A stretch of DNA of 64,000 bases. Source: Candidatus Multivorans sp. (lineage in GTDB: Bacteria; Acidobacteriota; Thermoanaerobaculia; Multivoradales; Multivoraceae). Made by a program: the position numbers and the translations under genes. Below are positions 9,674-19,101 of this stretch, piece by piece; positions within the stretch are counted from its first letter, which is position 1; each line of letters begins with the position of its first letter. The stretch covers positions 2,496,001 to 2,560,000 of the forward strand of contig OZ245033.1 of NCBI GenBank assembly GCA_965224025.1, read 5' to 3'. Below the pieces are notes generated by a model. It had not been told where the DNA came from. It saw nothing but the letters and a program-made list of their open reading frames with translations, and did not search any database.

Positions 9674-12093
9674 TCAGTCCGCCCGGGTGGGAACCAACTC
9701 GATCCGAGCCTCCGCGGCGTCGAGGATGGCGGGGCGCGTGTAGAGCAGGGGGAATGCCTCGTCGGCGGCCCAGGGCGCGAACAAATCCTTGTAGTGCGGG
9801 CTGCGGGGATCGCCGGACTGGCCCGGGTTGTTCATCGCCACCGAGGCGTCCCAGTTGCCGACGTCGATCACCATGCGGAAGGAGGCGCCGGATGTCTGGC
9901 GGAAATCGCCGCGGTAGCGCGTGTTGCCGACGGTGTCCCCGGAGCCGCCGCGGGGCGCGGGGCCGACGTTCGCGATCCGACCCAGTTGGATTCGCCATAG
10001 CGGGTGTTCGAGCTCGATCTGGTGCAGGTCACCCCAGCGCCAGGACGCGGGATCGGCGCCCAGGCGTCGGGCGACGTCGGCGTAGGCGGCGCCCAGGCTG
10101 GCCAGCAGCGCTTCGTCGCGGGCAGCCCGCCGCGGCTCGCCGAGCCTGGGGTCGGCCTCTTCGAGGATCCGAAGCAGGTTCTCGTCGTGGACGGGGACTG
10201 GCGCTTCGCCCGTCCCGAGCGCCGCGGCCATGCGTTTGCCGACCTCCACCTCGAGGTGTTCCCGCCACCAGACCTCGAACAGGGTGGCGGCCGCGCTGTT
10301 TGAGGTGAGCTCTCCGTTCCAGCCGGCGAGGAGCTTCAGCGCCGGTGCCGCCTCGGCATCGGCGGCTGCCGCCTGGTTGGTCCGCAGCAGCGCCAGCAGC
10401 CGGCGTGCGGGAATCGACACGTAGTCCGCTTGCAGGCGCACCGCGTCCTCGACGGTCATGGCCTCGGTTGCGGCCAGCACTTCGCCGATTCGCTGGCGCC
10501 GGTAGGGGGTCGCCCATTCCCAGCCCAGGGGTACGTCGTAGCCAGCCGGCAGGTTCATCTCGTTGGCCGTTGCCACCCAGCCGCGCTCCGGGTTGAACTC
10601 GACCGGCAGTTCGTCCATGTCCCGGAAGCCCCGCCACTCGTAGCGGCCGTCGCCGGGAACCGGCAACAGTCCGTCCCAGTTCGGCCGGATCGGCGCCAGA
10701 CCGCCCGGTTTCCAGCCTATGTTGCCGTGAATGTCGGCGTAGACCTGGTTCTCGGAGGGCGCCCCCCCAGCGGTTCATCGCCGCCAGGAACTGGTCCCAG
10801 TTCCGCGACCGGATGTACTCGATGGACCCCAGGTAGGGCGCCATGCCGGGTTCGAGCCATGCGGCCCTGAGCCCGATCGCGAGGTTTCGGTCGGGGTCCC
10901 GGTAGAGCACCGGCCCGTGATGCGTGAAGCGAAGTTCGACTGCCCGCCCGTCGCCGCCGCGTACAGCCACGGACTCTTTGAACACCTCCATCGGCAGCCA
11001 GTTGCCCCGGTACTCGTAGAAGTCCGGTTCGCCGGGCTTCGTGCGGTAGACGTAGGTGTCCTCCTGGTCGATGCTGAAGATCGTCAGGCCGAACGCGATC
11101 GTGCCGTTGTGGCCGATCGAAACCCCGGGCAGGGCCGGCTCGCCGGCCCCGATCACGTCGAGGTCCGGGGGAACGGAGATGGACGATGTAGCGGAGCGAG
11201 GGCACGGCCTGTGTGCGGTGCGGGTCGTTGGCGAGCAGGGGCCGGCCGGTGGACGTGAGCACGGGCGACACCGCCCAGTTGTTGCTGCCTTGCCCGGCAA
11301 GGTCCGGGTCCGCGGGCTCGCCGGTTTCGCCGATTCGCTGCAGCGCGGTCGCGACGGCTTTCTCGCCGTTTACCAATTCATCGAAACGGACGGAGCGCGT
11401 GGCCAATCCGTAGGTCGCCAGCGGGCCAGAGGAGTCCAACCACGAGGGGTCGAGACCATCCGGGACGACGAGATCGTGGGCCGGTTGGTAGTGGTCGCGG
11501 AGCTCGAGGGCGCCCGGTCCGTGCAGGGCGAGAAAGCGGGCGCGGTCTATTTCGCTGCGGGCGTTCCGCAGCAGTCCGTGGCTTCGGATCCGCGGCACGG
11601 CCTCCGGCGTCCAGTGCGAAGGTTCGTAGCCGAGCGCCTCGAACTCCGGCGGCATCAATTCGGGACGCTCCAGCACCAGGTCCACGTAGGCGTTCACTCC
11701 GCGCACCCAGGCCGTGACGATGCGCTTCGTGTCCGAGGCGTAGGCGAGCCACTCGGAGTGCATGTCGCCGCGGTAGAGGAAGAGCCGGGCGGCGCGATCC
11801 TGCTCGACGTAGTCCGGCCCGAAGACCTCGGAGAGCGTGCCCTCGCCGCGCCGCCGCCACAGGTCGATCTGCCACAGGCGGTCCCGGGCTGCGTTCCAGC
11901 CCTGGGCGAAGAACAGGTCGTCCTGGCCGCCGGCGAAGACGTGGGCGACACCCCAACGGTCGACCAGAATCTCGACCGGGGCTTCGAGGCCGGGAACCTC
12001 GAAGCGGGTCGTTTCGATCGCCGGCTGCGCTTCGGCCGCGCCGACGGCAAGCAGCAGGGGGATCGCGGTGACGATGCGCGCGCGTCTGAGCAT
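9674..12093 (-). pseudogene. Penicillin acylase family (Ntn-hydrolase) protein, split by two frameshifts (may be sequencing indels)
   Basis: DRWGVAHVFA, DRLWQID, catalytic GSNNWAV, ANDPH, PGQSG. Frame changes at C/G runs near 11170 and 10765. Confidence 0.85.
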
Positions 12094-12208
12094 GGATGAG
12101 CCGGGACGATACCAACGGCGACGGTGCTCTCGCCGGCCCCCTGCTCGCCCCGGATGCTGCACCTGGCGGTGGGCGGTGGAGCGGCGATTCTCGACTAAGC
12201 TCTTCCGG

Positions 12209-14167
12209 ATGTTCCGCATGCAACGAGAGCGCCGGTGCGTTGTGATCGCGCCCTCGCTCCTGATCGTCGCCGCCGGGCTGATCGCTCAAGAGGCGGAGGA
12301 CGCGAAGGCAAAGCAGGAGAACCAACCTCCGACCGCGACTTACTACGAGACCGCCACTGTCAGGGCGCGTGCCCTCGACACGGCGACTGCTTCAGTGCAG
12401 GTGATCGAGCGCGGCGACCTTGCCGATCTGGCTGCGGGCGATGCGTCCGAGGCGTTGCGCCTGGTGCCTGGGGCCTTCATTCTCGGCAACGACTCGAGCG
12501 CCGCGGTCGCCGGTGCGTCGCTCCGGGGCGGCGACGCGAACTTCACCCTGGTGCTGATCGACGGGGTGCCGGTCAACGACAGCACGGACCAGTACGGCGG
12601 CGCCTTTCCGCTTGGCAGCATCGGCGCGGCGGAGGTCGAGCGGCTGGAGGTCGTGCGCGGCCCGCTGTCGTCCTTCTACGGCTCGAGTTCGCTCGGCGGG
12701 GCGGTGCAGGTGATCACCACCGCGCCGCGCAGCTCGGCGCCGTTCGTGGGTTGGAACGCCGACGCCGGCAGCCAGGAGCATCGAAGCGGCCGCCTCTCGT
12801 GGGGCCGTGCGGGCGAGTCCTCGGCCGGCGGGTTCGGCGCCGCGGTCCGGGAAGAGCAAGGCCGGGTTGGGGACGATCGTCTGGAGCAGAGGTCTCTGAG
12901 CGGCCGCTGGCAGCGCCAACTGGGATCGGCGTCGGCGTTCCGGTTTTCGGCCCGGACGGCCGGCTGGCGGGCCGACGACTACCCGGACGGTTCCGGCGGC
13001 CCGCTGTTTGGCGGCGGCGAACTGCGTTCCTCGGACCACCGCGAGTACGGTGTGGCGGCCACTCTCGATCTCGGTGGCGGGGAGCGCTTCAGTCAGTACC
13101 TGCGATCGACCTGGTACCGGCACTCGATGGAGCGGGACAGTCCGGCAATCGGATTCCAGGTGCCGCCGTGGACCGAGGATACGAGCTTTCAGGATCTTCG
13201 TCTGGCCTGGACCGGAACGCTCGCACCCGAAGGCGGTGGGTCCGAGCTCAGCTTCGGCGCCGAGGCGTTGACCGAGGAGGGGCGAAACAACAGTCTGCTG
13301 CTGTTGCCGGCCTTCTTCGGCGGGCCGCTCGACGGTGACTACGCGATCGACCGGAACCGCGTCGGCCTGTTCGGAGACTGGCGCCGGTCCATGGGCAACC
13401 TGGTGGCTGAACTCGGCGTGCGCGCGGACGTGCTCAAGGGTCGGGGCGCCGGCGGCGGGCGCGAGGAAGTGAGCCCGCGCTTCGGTCTTCGCTACGCGCC
13501 GGACGGCGGCCGCTGGTCGCTTCGCGCTTCGGCCGGCCGGGCCTTCAAGTTGCCGAGCTTCTTCGCACTGGCGTCTCCGCGGGCCATCGGCGGCAATCCG
13601 GATCTCGACGCGGAGACCAGCGTCGGCGCCGACTTCGGCTTCGAGGCCCGTTCCGCGGACGGCTCGCTCAGGTGTAACCTGACGGCCTTCGCGAACCGCT
13701 TCGAGGGCCTGATCGACTTCGACTTCGAGGCCTTCCTGAACGTCAACCGGAACAAGGTGGACGCCGAGGGGCTCGAAGGACTCCTGGTGTGGCGCCCTTC
13801 GCCCCGGGTCATGCTCGATGTCGCCTTGACGGTGCAGGACACCGAGGATCGCGCCACGGGTAGGCCGCTGCGGCGCCGGCCGGATCTCTACGGCGGCGTC
13901 GGACTCCGCGTGGACCTGAGCGAGGCGGTGCGGCTCGGCCTGGAGGCCAGACACGCCGGCAGCTATCTCGACGAGCAGATTCCGGCGCCCTGGCGGACCG
14001 AGGTCGACGGGCGGACGCTGGCCGGATTGACGCTGGCGTGGCGGGCCGCCGAGCGCTGGCGGGTCACGATGCGGGCGGACAATGCGCTCGACGAGTCGTA
14101 CGAGACCCAGGTCGGTTTCCCCGGTCCCGAGCGCTCGGTCCGCGTCGGCGTGCGGTATGGGTACTAG
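12209..14167 (+). CDS. TonB-dependent receptor (BtuB-like plug)
   Basis: TATVRAR TonB-box-like segment, LRGG...TLVLIDGVPVND, ERLEVVRGPLSSFYGSSSLGGAVQVIT plug, C-terminal VGVRYGY. Confidence 0.9.
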   Translation: MFRMQRERRCVVIAPSLLIVAAGLIAQEAEDAKAKQENQPPTATYYETATVRARALDTATASVQVIERGDLADLAAGDASEALRLVPGAFILGNDSSAAVAGASLRGGDANFTLVLIDGVPVNDSTDQYGGAFPLGSIGAAEVERLEVVRGPLSSFYGSSSLGGAVQVITTAPRSSAPFVGWNADAGSQEHRSGRLSWGRAGESSAGGFGAAVREEQGRVGDDRLEQRSLSGRWQRQLGSASAFRFSARTAGWRADDYPDGSGGPLFGGGELRSSDHREYGVAATLDLGGGERFSQYLRSTWYRHSMERDSPAIGFQVPPWTEDTSFQDLRLAWTGTLAPEGGGSELSFGAEALTEEGRNNSLLLLPAFFGGPLDGDYAIDRNRVGLFGDWRRSMGNLVAELGVRADVLKGRGAGGGREEVSPRFGLRYAPDGGRWSLRASAGRAFKLPSFFALASPRAIGGNPDLDAETSVGADFGFEARSADGSLRCNLTAFANRFEGLIDFDFEAFLNVNRNKVDAEGLEGLLVWRPSPRVMLDVALTVQDTEDRATGRPLRRRPDLYGGVGLRVDLSEAVRLGLEARHAGSYLDEQIPAPWRTEVDGRTLAGLTLAWRAAERWRVTMRADNALDESYETQVGFPGPERSVRVGVRYGY

Positions 14168-14191
14168 GAATCCCTTAAGGAGGGTGGATCG

Positions 14192-14965
14192 ATGAGATGG
14201 ATGGCATCGCTTGCGTTGGTGGCCGCGATACTCAGTTTCGGTTGCAGGATTTCTGTAGGCAGTGGCGACTCGGCTTCGGAGACGGAGGCGGCGGCGGCCG
14301 AGCCGGTTGCGGAGGTCAACCAGCTCAGTGCCGAGGAAGCGGAGGCGGGCTACATCCTGCTGTTCGACGGCGCGTCGCTGGAGCACTGGCGGGGCTTCAA
14401 GCTCGACGACGTGCCGGCGGGTTGGGCGGTGGCCGAGGGCGTGATCCACTTCGTGCCGCCCGAGGGAGACGACGCCGGCCCGCGGGCCGACCTGATAACC
14501 CGCGAGCAGTACCGGTCATTCGAGTTCCGTTTTGACTGGGCCGTAACACCGGGTGGAAATAGCGGCGTGATGTTCCACGTTGCCGAAGACGCCCCCGCGG
14601 CCTACTCGACGGGCCCCGAGTTCCAGATCCTGGACGACGGCGGGCACCGGGACGGTCAGCGCATGGAAACCTCGGCAGCTTCGAACTACGCCCTCCACGC
14701 CCGCCAGGGCGGCGAGCTTGTGCCGCTGGGTGAGTTCAACGCCAGCGCGCTGCGGGTCGAGGGTGCTGTCGTTTCACACTGGCTGAACGGCGAGAAGGTG
14801 GTCGAGTACACGCTCTGGGACGAGGAGTGGAAAGAACTCGTCGCGGCCAGCAAGTTCGCCTCGATGCCCGGCTACGGGATGATGGAAACCGGCCACATCG
14901 CCCTCCAGGACCACGGCAACGAGATCTGGTTCCGCAACCTGCGCATCCTCGTCCTGCCCGACTGA
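14192..14965 (+). CDS. DUF1080 (3-keto-disaccharide hydrolase-like) lipoprotein
   Basis: LLFDG...GNSGV...GPEFQILD...GHIALQDHG...FRNLRI. Lipobox SFGC. Confidence 0.9.
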   Translation: MRWMASLALVAAILSFGCRISVGSGDSASETEAAAAEPVAEVNQLSAEEAEAGYILLFDGASLEHWRGFKLDDVPAGWAVAEGVIHFVPPEGDDAGPRADLITREQYRSFEFRFDWAVTPGGNSGVMFHVAEDAPAAYSTGPEFQILDDGGHRDGQRMETSAASNYALHARQGGELVPLGEFNASALRVEGAVVSHWLNGEKVVEYTLWDEEWKELVAASKFASMPGYGMMETGHIALQDHGNEIWFRNLRILVLPD

Positions 14966-16941
14966 TGGACGATCCAGGCGGGGCGGCCGGCCTGCAGTGG
15001 TTCAAGGTCGCCGAACCGGATGAGCTGCCCGAGAACCGCGTCAAGACGGTGGCGGCCGGCAGCCGTTCGATCTGCCTGACCCACTACGACGGTCAGTACG
15101 GCGCGCTGGACAACCGCTGCCCGCACCAGGGCGGCCCCCTCGGCGAGGGGTCGATCGAGAACGGTTGGCTGCGCTGTCCGTGGCACGGCTGGGACTACTG
15201 CCCGCTCAGCGGCAAGTCGCCGGCTGGGTACGGCGAGAAGGCGCCGACCTATGCGATCGATGTGCGGGACGACGGCGTCTACGTCGGTGTCGAACCGGAG
15301 GTCGAGCGTGAGCGGACGGTCAGCGACGCAATGGTCGAGACCTTCGTCAACTGGGGCGTCACCCACGTCTTCGGCATGGTCGGCCACTCGAACCTCGGTC
15401 TTGCCGATGCGATTCGCAACCAGTGCGAGGCCGGCGCGCTCCAGTACGTCGGCGTCCGGCACGAGGGCGCCGCGGCGTTCGCGGCTTCGGCCTACGGCAA
15501 GCTCACCGGCCGGCCGGCGGCGTGTCTGACGATCGCCGGGCCCGGCGCGACGAACCTGCTCACCGGAATGTGGGACGCGCGGATGGATCGCTCCCCGATC
15601 CTGGCGCTCACCGGCCAGGTCGACACCCAGGTGCTGGGGCCGGGCGCCTTCCAGGAGGTCGACCTCTCCGCCGCCTTCGCGGGCGTCGCGGCGATGAGCC
15701 ACGCCGTCTACCGCGACAGCCGCCACGTGGAACTCGCGAACCTGGCGTGCAAGAACGCGATCCTCAAGCGGGACGTGGCGCACCTGATCTTTCCCGACGA
15801 GGTGCAGACCTTGCCCTCCGACGCTTCGGCCGGGTCTCCCGAGGGCCGGCTGACGCCCTCGGAGATCACGCCGCCTCCCGAGGCCGTCGAGCGGGCGCTG
15901 GCCCTGATCCGCGGCGCGCGCCGGCCGGTGATCGTCGTCGGCCACGGCGCCCGATTCCAGATGGACGGCGTGACCGCGCTCGCCGAATGGCTGAACGCGC
16001 CGGTGGTGACGACCTTCAAGGCGAAGGGCCTGATTTCCGACGATCATCCGCTGGGCTGCGGCGTGCTCGGCCGGAGCGGCACGCCGGTCGCGAGCTGGTT
16101 CATGAACGAGAGCGACCTGCTCATCGTGTTCGGCGCCTCGTTCTCGAATCACACCGGAATCACGACCTACAAGCCGCTCATTCAGGTCGACTTCGAGGCC
16201 ATGGCGCTGGGCAAGTTCCACGCCGTGGACGTGCCGGTCTGGGGTGAGATCGGCGTCACCGCGCGTTTGTTCGCGGAGGCGCTGGAGCAGGGCGGGGTCG
16301 AGACCGTCGATCAGCGGCCGGAAGTGGCCGCCCGCTGGCGGATCTGGCGCGAGGAAAAGGAGCGCCGCCTGGACGACATCGGCGAGGCGGGCATCAGCTC
16401 CGCGGCCGCCTTCGCGGCGCTGAACAGGTGCATACCCGAGGACGCGATCATTGCCGTCGACGTCGGCAACAACACGTACTCGTTCGGCCGCTACTTCGAG
16501 TGCCGCCGGCAGGCCGTGCTGATGTCGGGTTATCTCGGATCGATCGGTTTCGGCTATCCGGCCGCGATGGGCGCCTGGGCGGCGACCCGGACGGACGACC
16601 CGCGCTTTGCCGGCCGCCCGGTGGTGGCGATTACCGGCGACGGCGGCTTCGGTCAGTACCTGGGCGAGGTCGCGACCGCCGTCCACCACCGGATGAACAT
16701 CACTCACGTGCTGCTGAACAACAGCGAGCTCGGCAAGATCTCGAAGGAGCAGCGGGCGATCGAGTTGCCGGTGTGGATGACCGCACTGACGAACCCGAAC
16801 TTCGCCGACTTCGTGACCAGTTGCGGCGGCCTCGGCATCCGCGTCGAGGACGCGGCCGATCTCGACGGCGCCCTGCGGCGCGCGCTCGACTACGACGGAC
16901 CGGCAACGGTCGAGATCGTGGCCGATCCGCTGCTGGTGTGA
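14965..16941 (+). CDS. Rieske [2Fe-2S]-ThDP enzyme fusion (pyruvate oxidase-like)
   Basis: CPHQGG...CPWHGW Rieske motifs, then VRHEGAAAF, GPGATN, GDGG...NN. ATG overlaps the upstream stop. Confidence 0.9.
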   Translation: MDDPGGAAGLQWFKVAEPDELPENRVKTVAAGSRSICLTHYDGQYGALDNRCPHQGGPLGEGSIENGWLRCPWHGWDYCPLSGKSPAGYGEKAPTYAIDVRDDGVYVGVEPEVERERTVSDAMVETFVNWGVTHVFGMVGHSNLGLADAIRNQCEAGALQYVGVRHEGAAAFAASAYGKLTGRPAACLTIAGPGATNLLTGMWDARMDRSPILALTGQVDTQVLGPGAFQEVDLSAAFAGVAAMSHAVYRDSRHVELANLACKNAILKRDVAHLIFPDEVQTLPSDASAGSPEGRLTPSEITPPPEAVERALALIRGARRPVIVVGHGARFQMDGVTALAEWLNAPVVTTFKAKGLISDDHPLGCGVLGRSGTPVASWFMNESDLLIVFGASFSNHTGITTYKPLIQVDFEAMALGKFHAVDVPVWGEIGVTARLFAEALEQGGVETVDQRPEVAARWRIWREEKERRLDDIGEAGISSAAAFAALNRCIPEDAIIAVDVGNNTYSFGRYFECRRQAVLMSGYLGSIGFGYPAAMGAWAATRTDDPRFAGRPVVAITGDGGFGQYLGEVATAVHHRMNITHVLLNNSELGKISKEQRAIELPVWMTALTNPNFADFVTSCGGLGIRVEDAADLDGALRRALDYDGPATVEIVADPLLV

Positions 16942-16975
16942 GTTCAGGGACGCCCGTGGGCTATCCTGCCCACCG

Positions 16976-17722
16976 GTGACGATCGACGGCCAGGAGGATC
17001 TGGAGGGTCTCCGCCGGGCAGGTCGAGTGGCGGCCCGGTGCCTGGCGAGGATGGGCGAATGCGTCGAGCCGGGCATGACGACGCTTGAGCTGGACCGGAT
17101 CGGCCGGGAGTTCATGGAGAGTCGGGGATCGCGCTCGGCGCCCGAACTGAGCTACGACTTCCCGGCCGCCACCTGCATCAGCGTCAACGAGGAGGTCGCG
17201 CACGGCATTGCCGGCAAGCGTCGGATCGAGGCCGGCGACCTGGTCCACATCGACGTCTCTCTCGAGCTGGACGGGTACTTCAGCGACACCGGCGCGGCTT
17301 TCCCGATTGCGCCGGTGAGCGAGGAACGGCGGCGCATGATCTCCGCCACCCGGCGGGCGCTGCGGGCCGCGATGCAGCAGACCCGCCACGGCCGCCGGCT
17401 GCGCAACATCGGCCGGGCGATCGAGGACACCGCGACCAGGGCGGGTTTCGGATTGATCCGCAACCTGGGCTCGCACGGCATCGGCCGCTCGCTGCACGAG
17501 GAGCCGAAGTTCGTGCCCGGCTTCGACGACCCGAACGATGACCGCTTCCTGCACGATGGGCTCGTGCTGACGATCGAGCCGTTCCTGACCAACGGCCGCG
17601 AGCAGGCGCTGACCGCCAAGGACGGCTGGACGCTCCTCAACGAGCCCGGCACGACAACGATCCAGTTCGAGCACACGATCGTCGTCACCCGCAAGAAGCC
17701 CCTGGTGATGACGCTGCCGTAG
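16976..17722 (+). CDS. map: Methionine aminopeptidase type I
   Basis: CISVNEEVAHGI, IDVS...DT, HGIGRSLHEEP, TIEP, QFEHT. Confidence 0.95.
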   Translation: MTIDGQEDLEGLRRAGRVAARCLARMGECVEPGMTTLELDRIGREFMESRGSRSAPELSYDFPAATCISVNEEVAHGIAGKRRIEAGDLVHIDVSLELDGYFSDTGAAFPIAPVSEERRRMISATRRALRAAMQQTRHGRRLRNIGRAIEDTATRAGFGLIRNLGSHGIGRSLHEEPKFVPGFDDPNDDRFLHDGLVLTIEPFLTNGREQALTAKDGWTLLNEPGTTTIQFEHTIVVTRKKPLVMTLP

Positions 17723-17856
17723 GGGAGGGGACTGGCCGGGAGTTCTTGAGGTTAGGCCGCCGCCTCCTTGGGAACGCGGGCATTTTGGCCCACATCCGTA
17801 CGGCGAAGGGACCGGCTGAGCGGCGCGTTGCATCCATCATCCCTGCTTATCCAAAG

Positions 17857-17875
17857 TTGCGCTTATAATCCGCAA
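17857..17875 (+). promoter_or_regulatory. -10 TATAAT inside the inverted repeat TTGCG-N9-CGCAA, upstream of the AAA gene
   Basis: TTGCGCTTATAATCCGCAA. TATAAT ends 8 nt before ATG 17878. Confidence 0.5.
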
Positions 17876-17877
17876 GG

Positions 17878-19071
17878 ATGAGGAGAGATCAAGTCCTTCC
17901 GAGGCGGGCACATGGAGCCGTGACCGCCGCGCTCGGTCGGCAGGCGGCCGTTGGGCTGATCGGGCCGCGTCAGGTCGGCAAGACCACGCTGGCCTTGCAG
18001 ATCGCGGATAGCCGGAACGCGCTGTACCTCGACCTGGAATCCAGCACCGACCGGGCGAAGCTGGCCGATCCGAATCTGTTCCTGGGCGAGTACGAGGACC
18101 GTCTCGTCGTGCTCGACGAGATCCACCGGGCGCCGGAACTCTACAGCGACCTGCGGGGCCTGATCGATCGCGGTCGCCGGCGCGGCAGGCGCAGTGGCCG
18201 CTTTCTCATTCTCGGCTCGGCGTCGATCGACCTGCTCCGTCAATCGGGGGAGAGTCTCGCGGGTCGGATCGAGTACGTCGAGCTCAATCCGCTCGATGTG
18301 CTTGAGATCGCGGCTCAGGAAGTGCCCTTGAGTGCTCTGTGGCAACGGGGAGGACTGCCGGACAGTCTGCTCGCGGCAAGCGACAAGGACAGCTTGGCGT
18401 TTCGGCAGAGCTTCGTACGCACCTATCTCCATCGCGATGTACTCGACCTGACCGGGCGGCGTCTTCCGGCCGAGACTCTGGAGCGCCTGTGGACCATGCT
18501 GGCGCACAGCCAGGGCACGTTGCTCAACGCGTCGAAACTGGCCGCGAGCCTTGCGGTCAGCGCGCCGACGGTTACGACCTACATCGATCTGCTGGTCGAT
18601 CTGATGCTGGTGCGCCGGCTGCCGCCGGTGAGGGCGAACGTCGCCAAGCGGGTCGTCAAGTCGCCCAAGGTCTACGTCAGGGACAGCGGCCTGGTGCACG
18701 CACTGCTCGGCATCGCCGACTACAACGCGCTTGCGGGGCATCCCGTCGTCGGAGCGAGCTGGGAGGGTTTTGTGGTGCAGAACCTTCTGAGCGCGGCCCC
18801 GACCGGTACCCGGGCGGGGTTCTACCGTACCCGCGCCGGCGCTGAGATCGACCTGGTGCTGGAACTGCCGGGCGAGCACGGTCCGTGGGCGGTCGAGATC
18901 AAGCGCGGCTCGGCGCCCCGGCCAAGCCGCGGTCTACACAGTGCCCGAGAGGATCTGAGGCCAAGCCGCACCTTCCTTGTCGGCGCCGGCGCGGACCGTT
19001 ACCCGGTAGCGGACGGGGTCGAAGTGATCGGCCTTTCCGAGTTGGCCGCGGTGGTGGGCGGCAGGGAGTAG
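17878..19071 (+). CDS. AAA_14 ATPase with DUF4143 domain
   Basis: GPRQVGKTT, VLDEIH, ILGSAS, ESLAGR, KSPKVYVRDSG, EIDLVLE...VEIK. Confidence 0.9.
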   Translation: MRRDQVLPRRAHGAVTAALGRQAAVGLIGPRQVGKTTLALQIADSRNALYLDLESSTDRAKLADPNLFLGEYEDRLVVLDEIHRAPELYSDLRGLIDRGRRRGRRSGRFLILGSASIDLLRQSGESLAGRIEYVELNPLDVLEIAAQEVPLSALWQRGGLPDSLLAASDKDSLAFRQSFVRTYLHRDVLDLTGRRLPAETLERLWTMLAHSQGTLLNASKLAASLAVSAPTVTTYIDLLVDLMLVRRLPPVRANVAKRVVKSPKVYVRDSGLVHALLGIADYNALAGHPVVGASWEGFVVQNLLSAAPTGTRAGFYRTRAGAEIDLVLELPGEHGPWAVEIKRGSAPRPSRGLHSAREDLRPSRTFLVGAGADRYPVADGVEVIGLSELAAVVGGRE

Positions 19072-19101
19072 CCGGATGGCGCCGCAGGCTGGCAAGGCGG
19101 A

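Noticed and set aside
10755-11180. Programmed frameshifting or phase variation in penicillin acylase
   Set aside because: The indels sit in short G/C runs typical of long-read error or simple decay and cannot be distinguished without reads.
7188-17115. Long antisense ORFs (7188..9254, 12392..14449, 14872..17115 and similar)
   Set aside because: Shadow ORFs of high-GC genes with clear motifs on the opposite strand.
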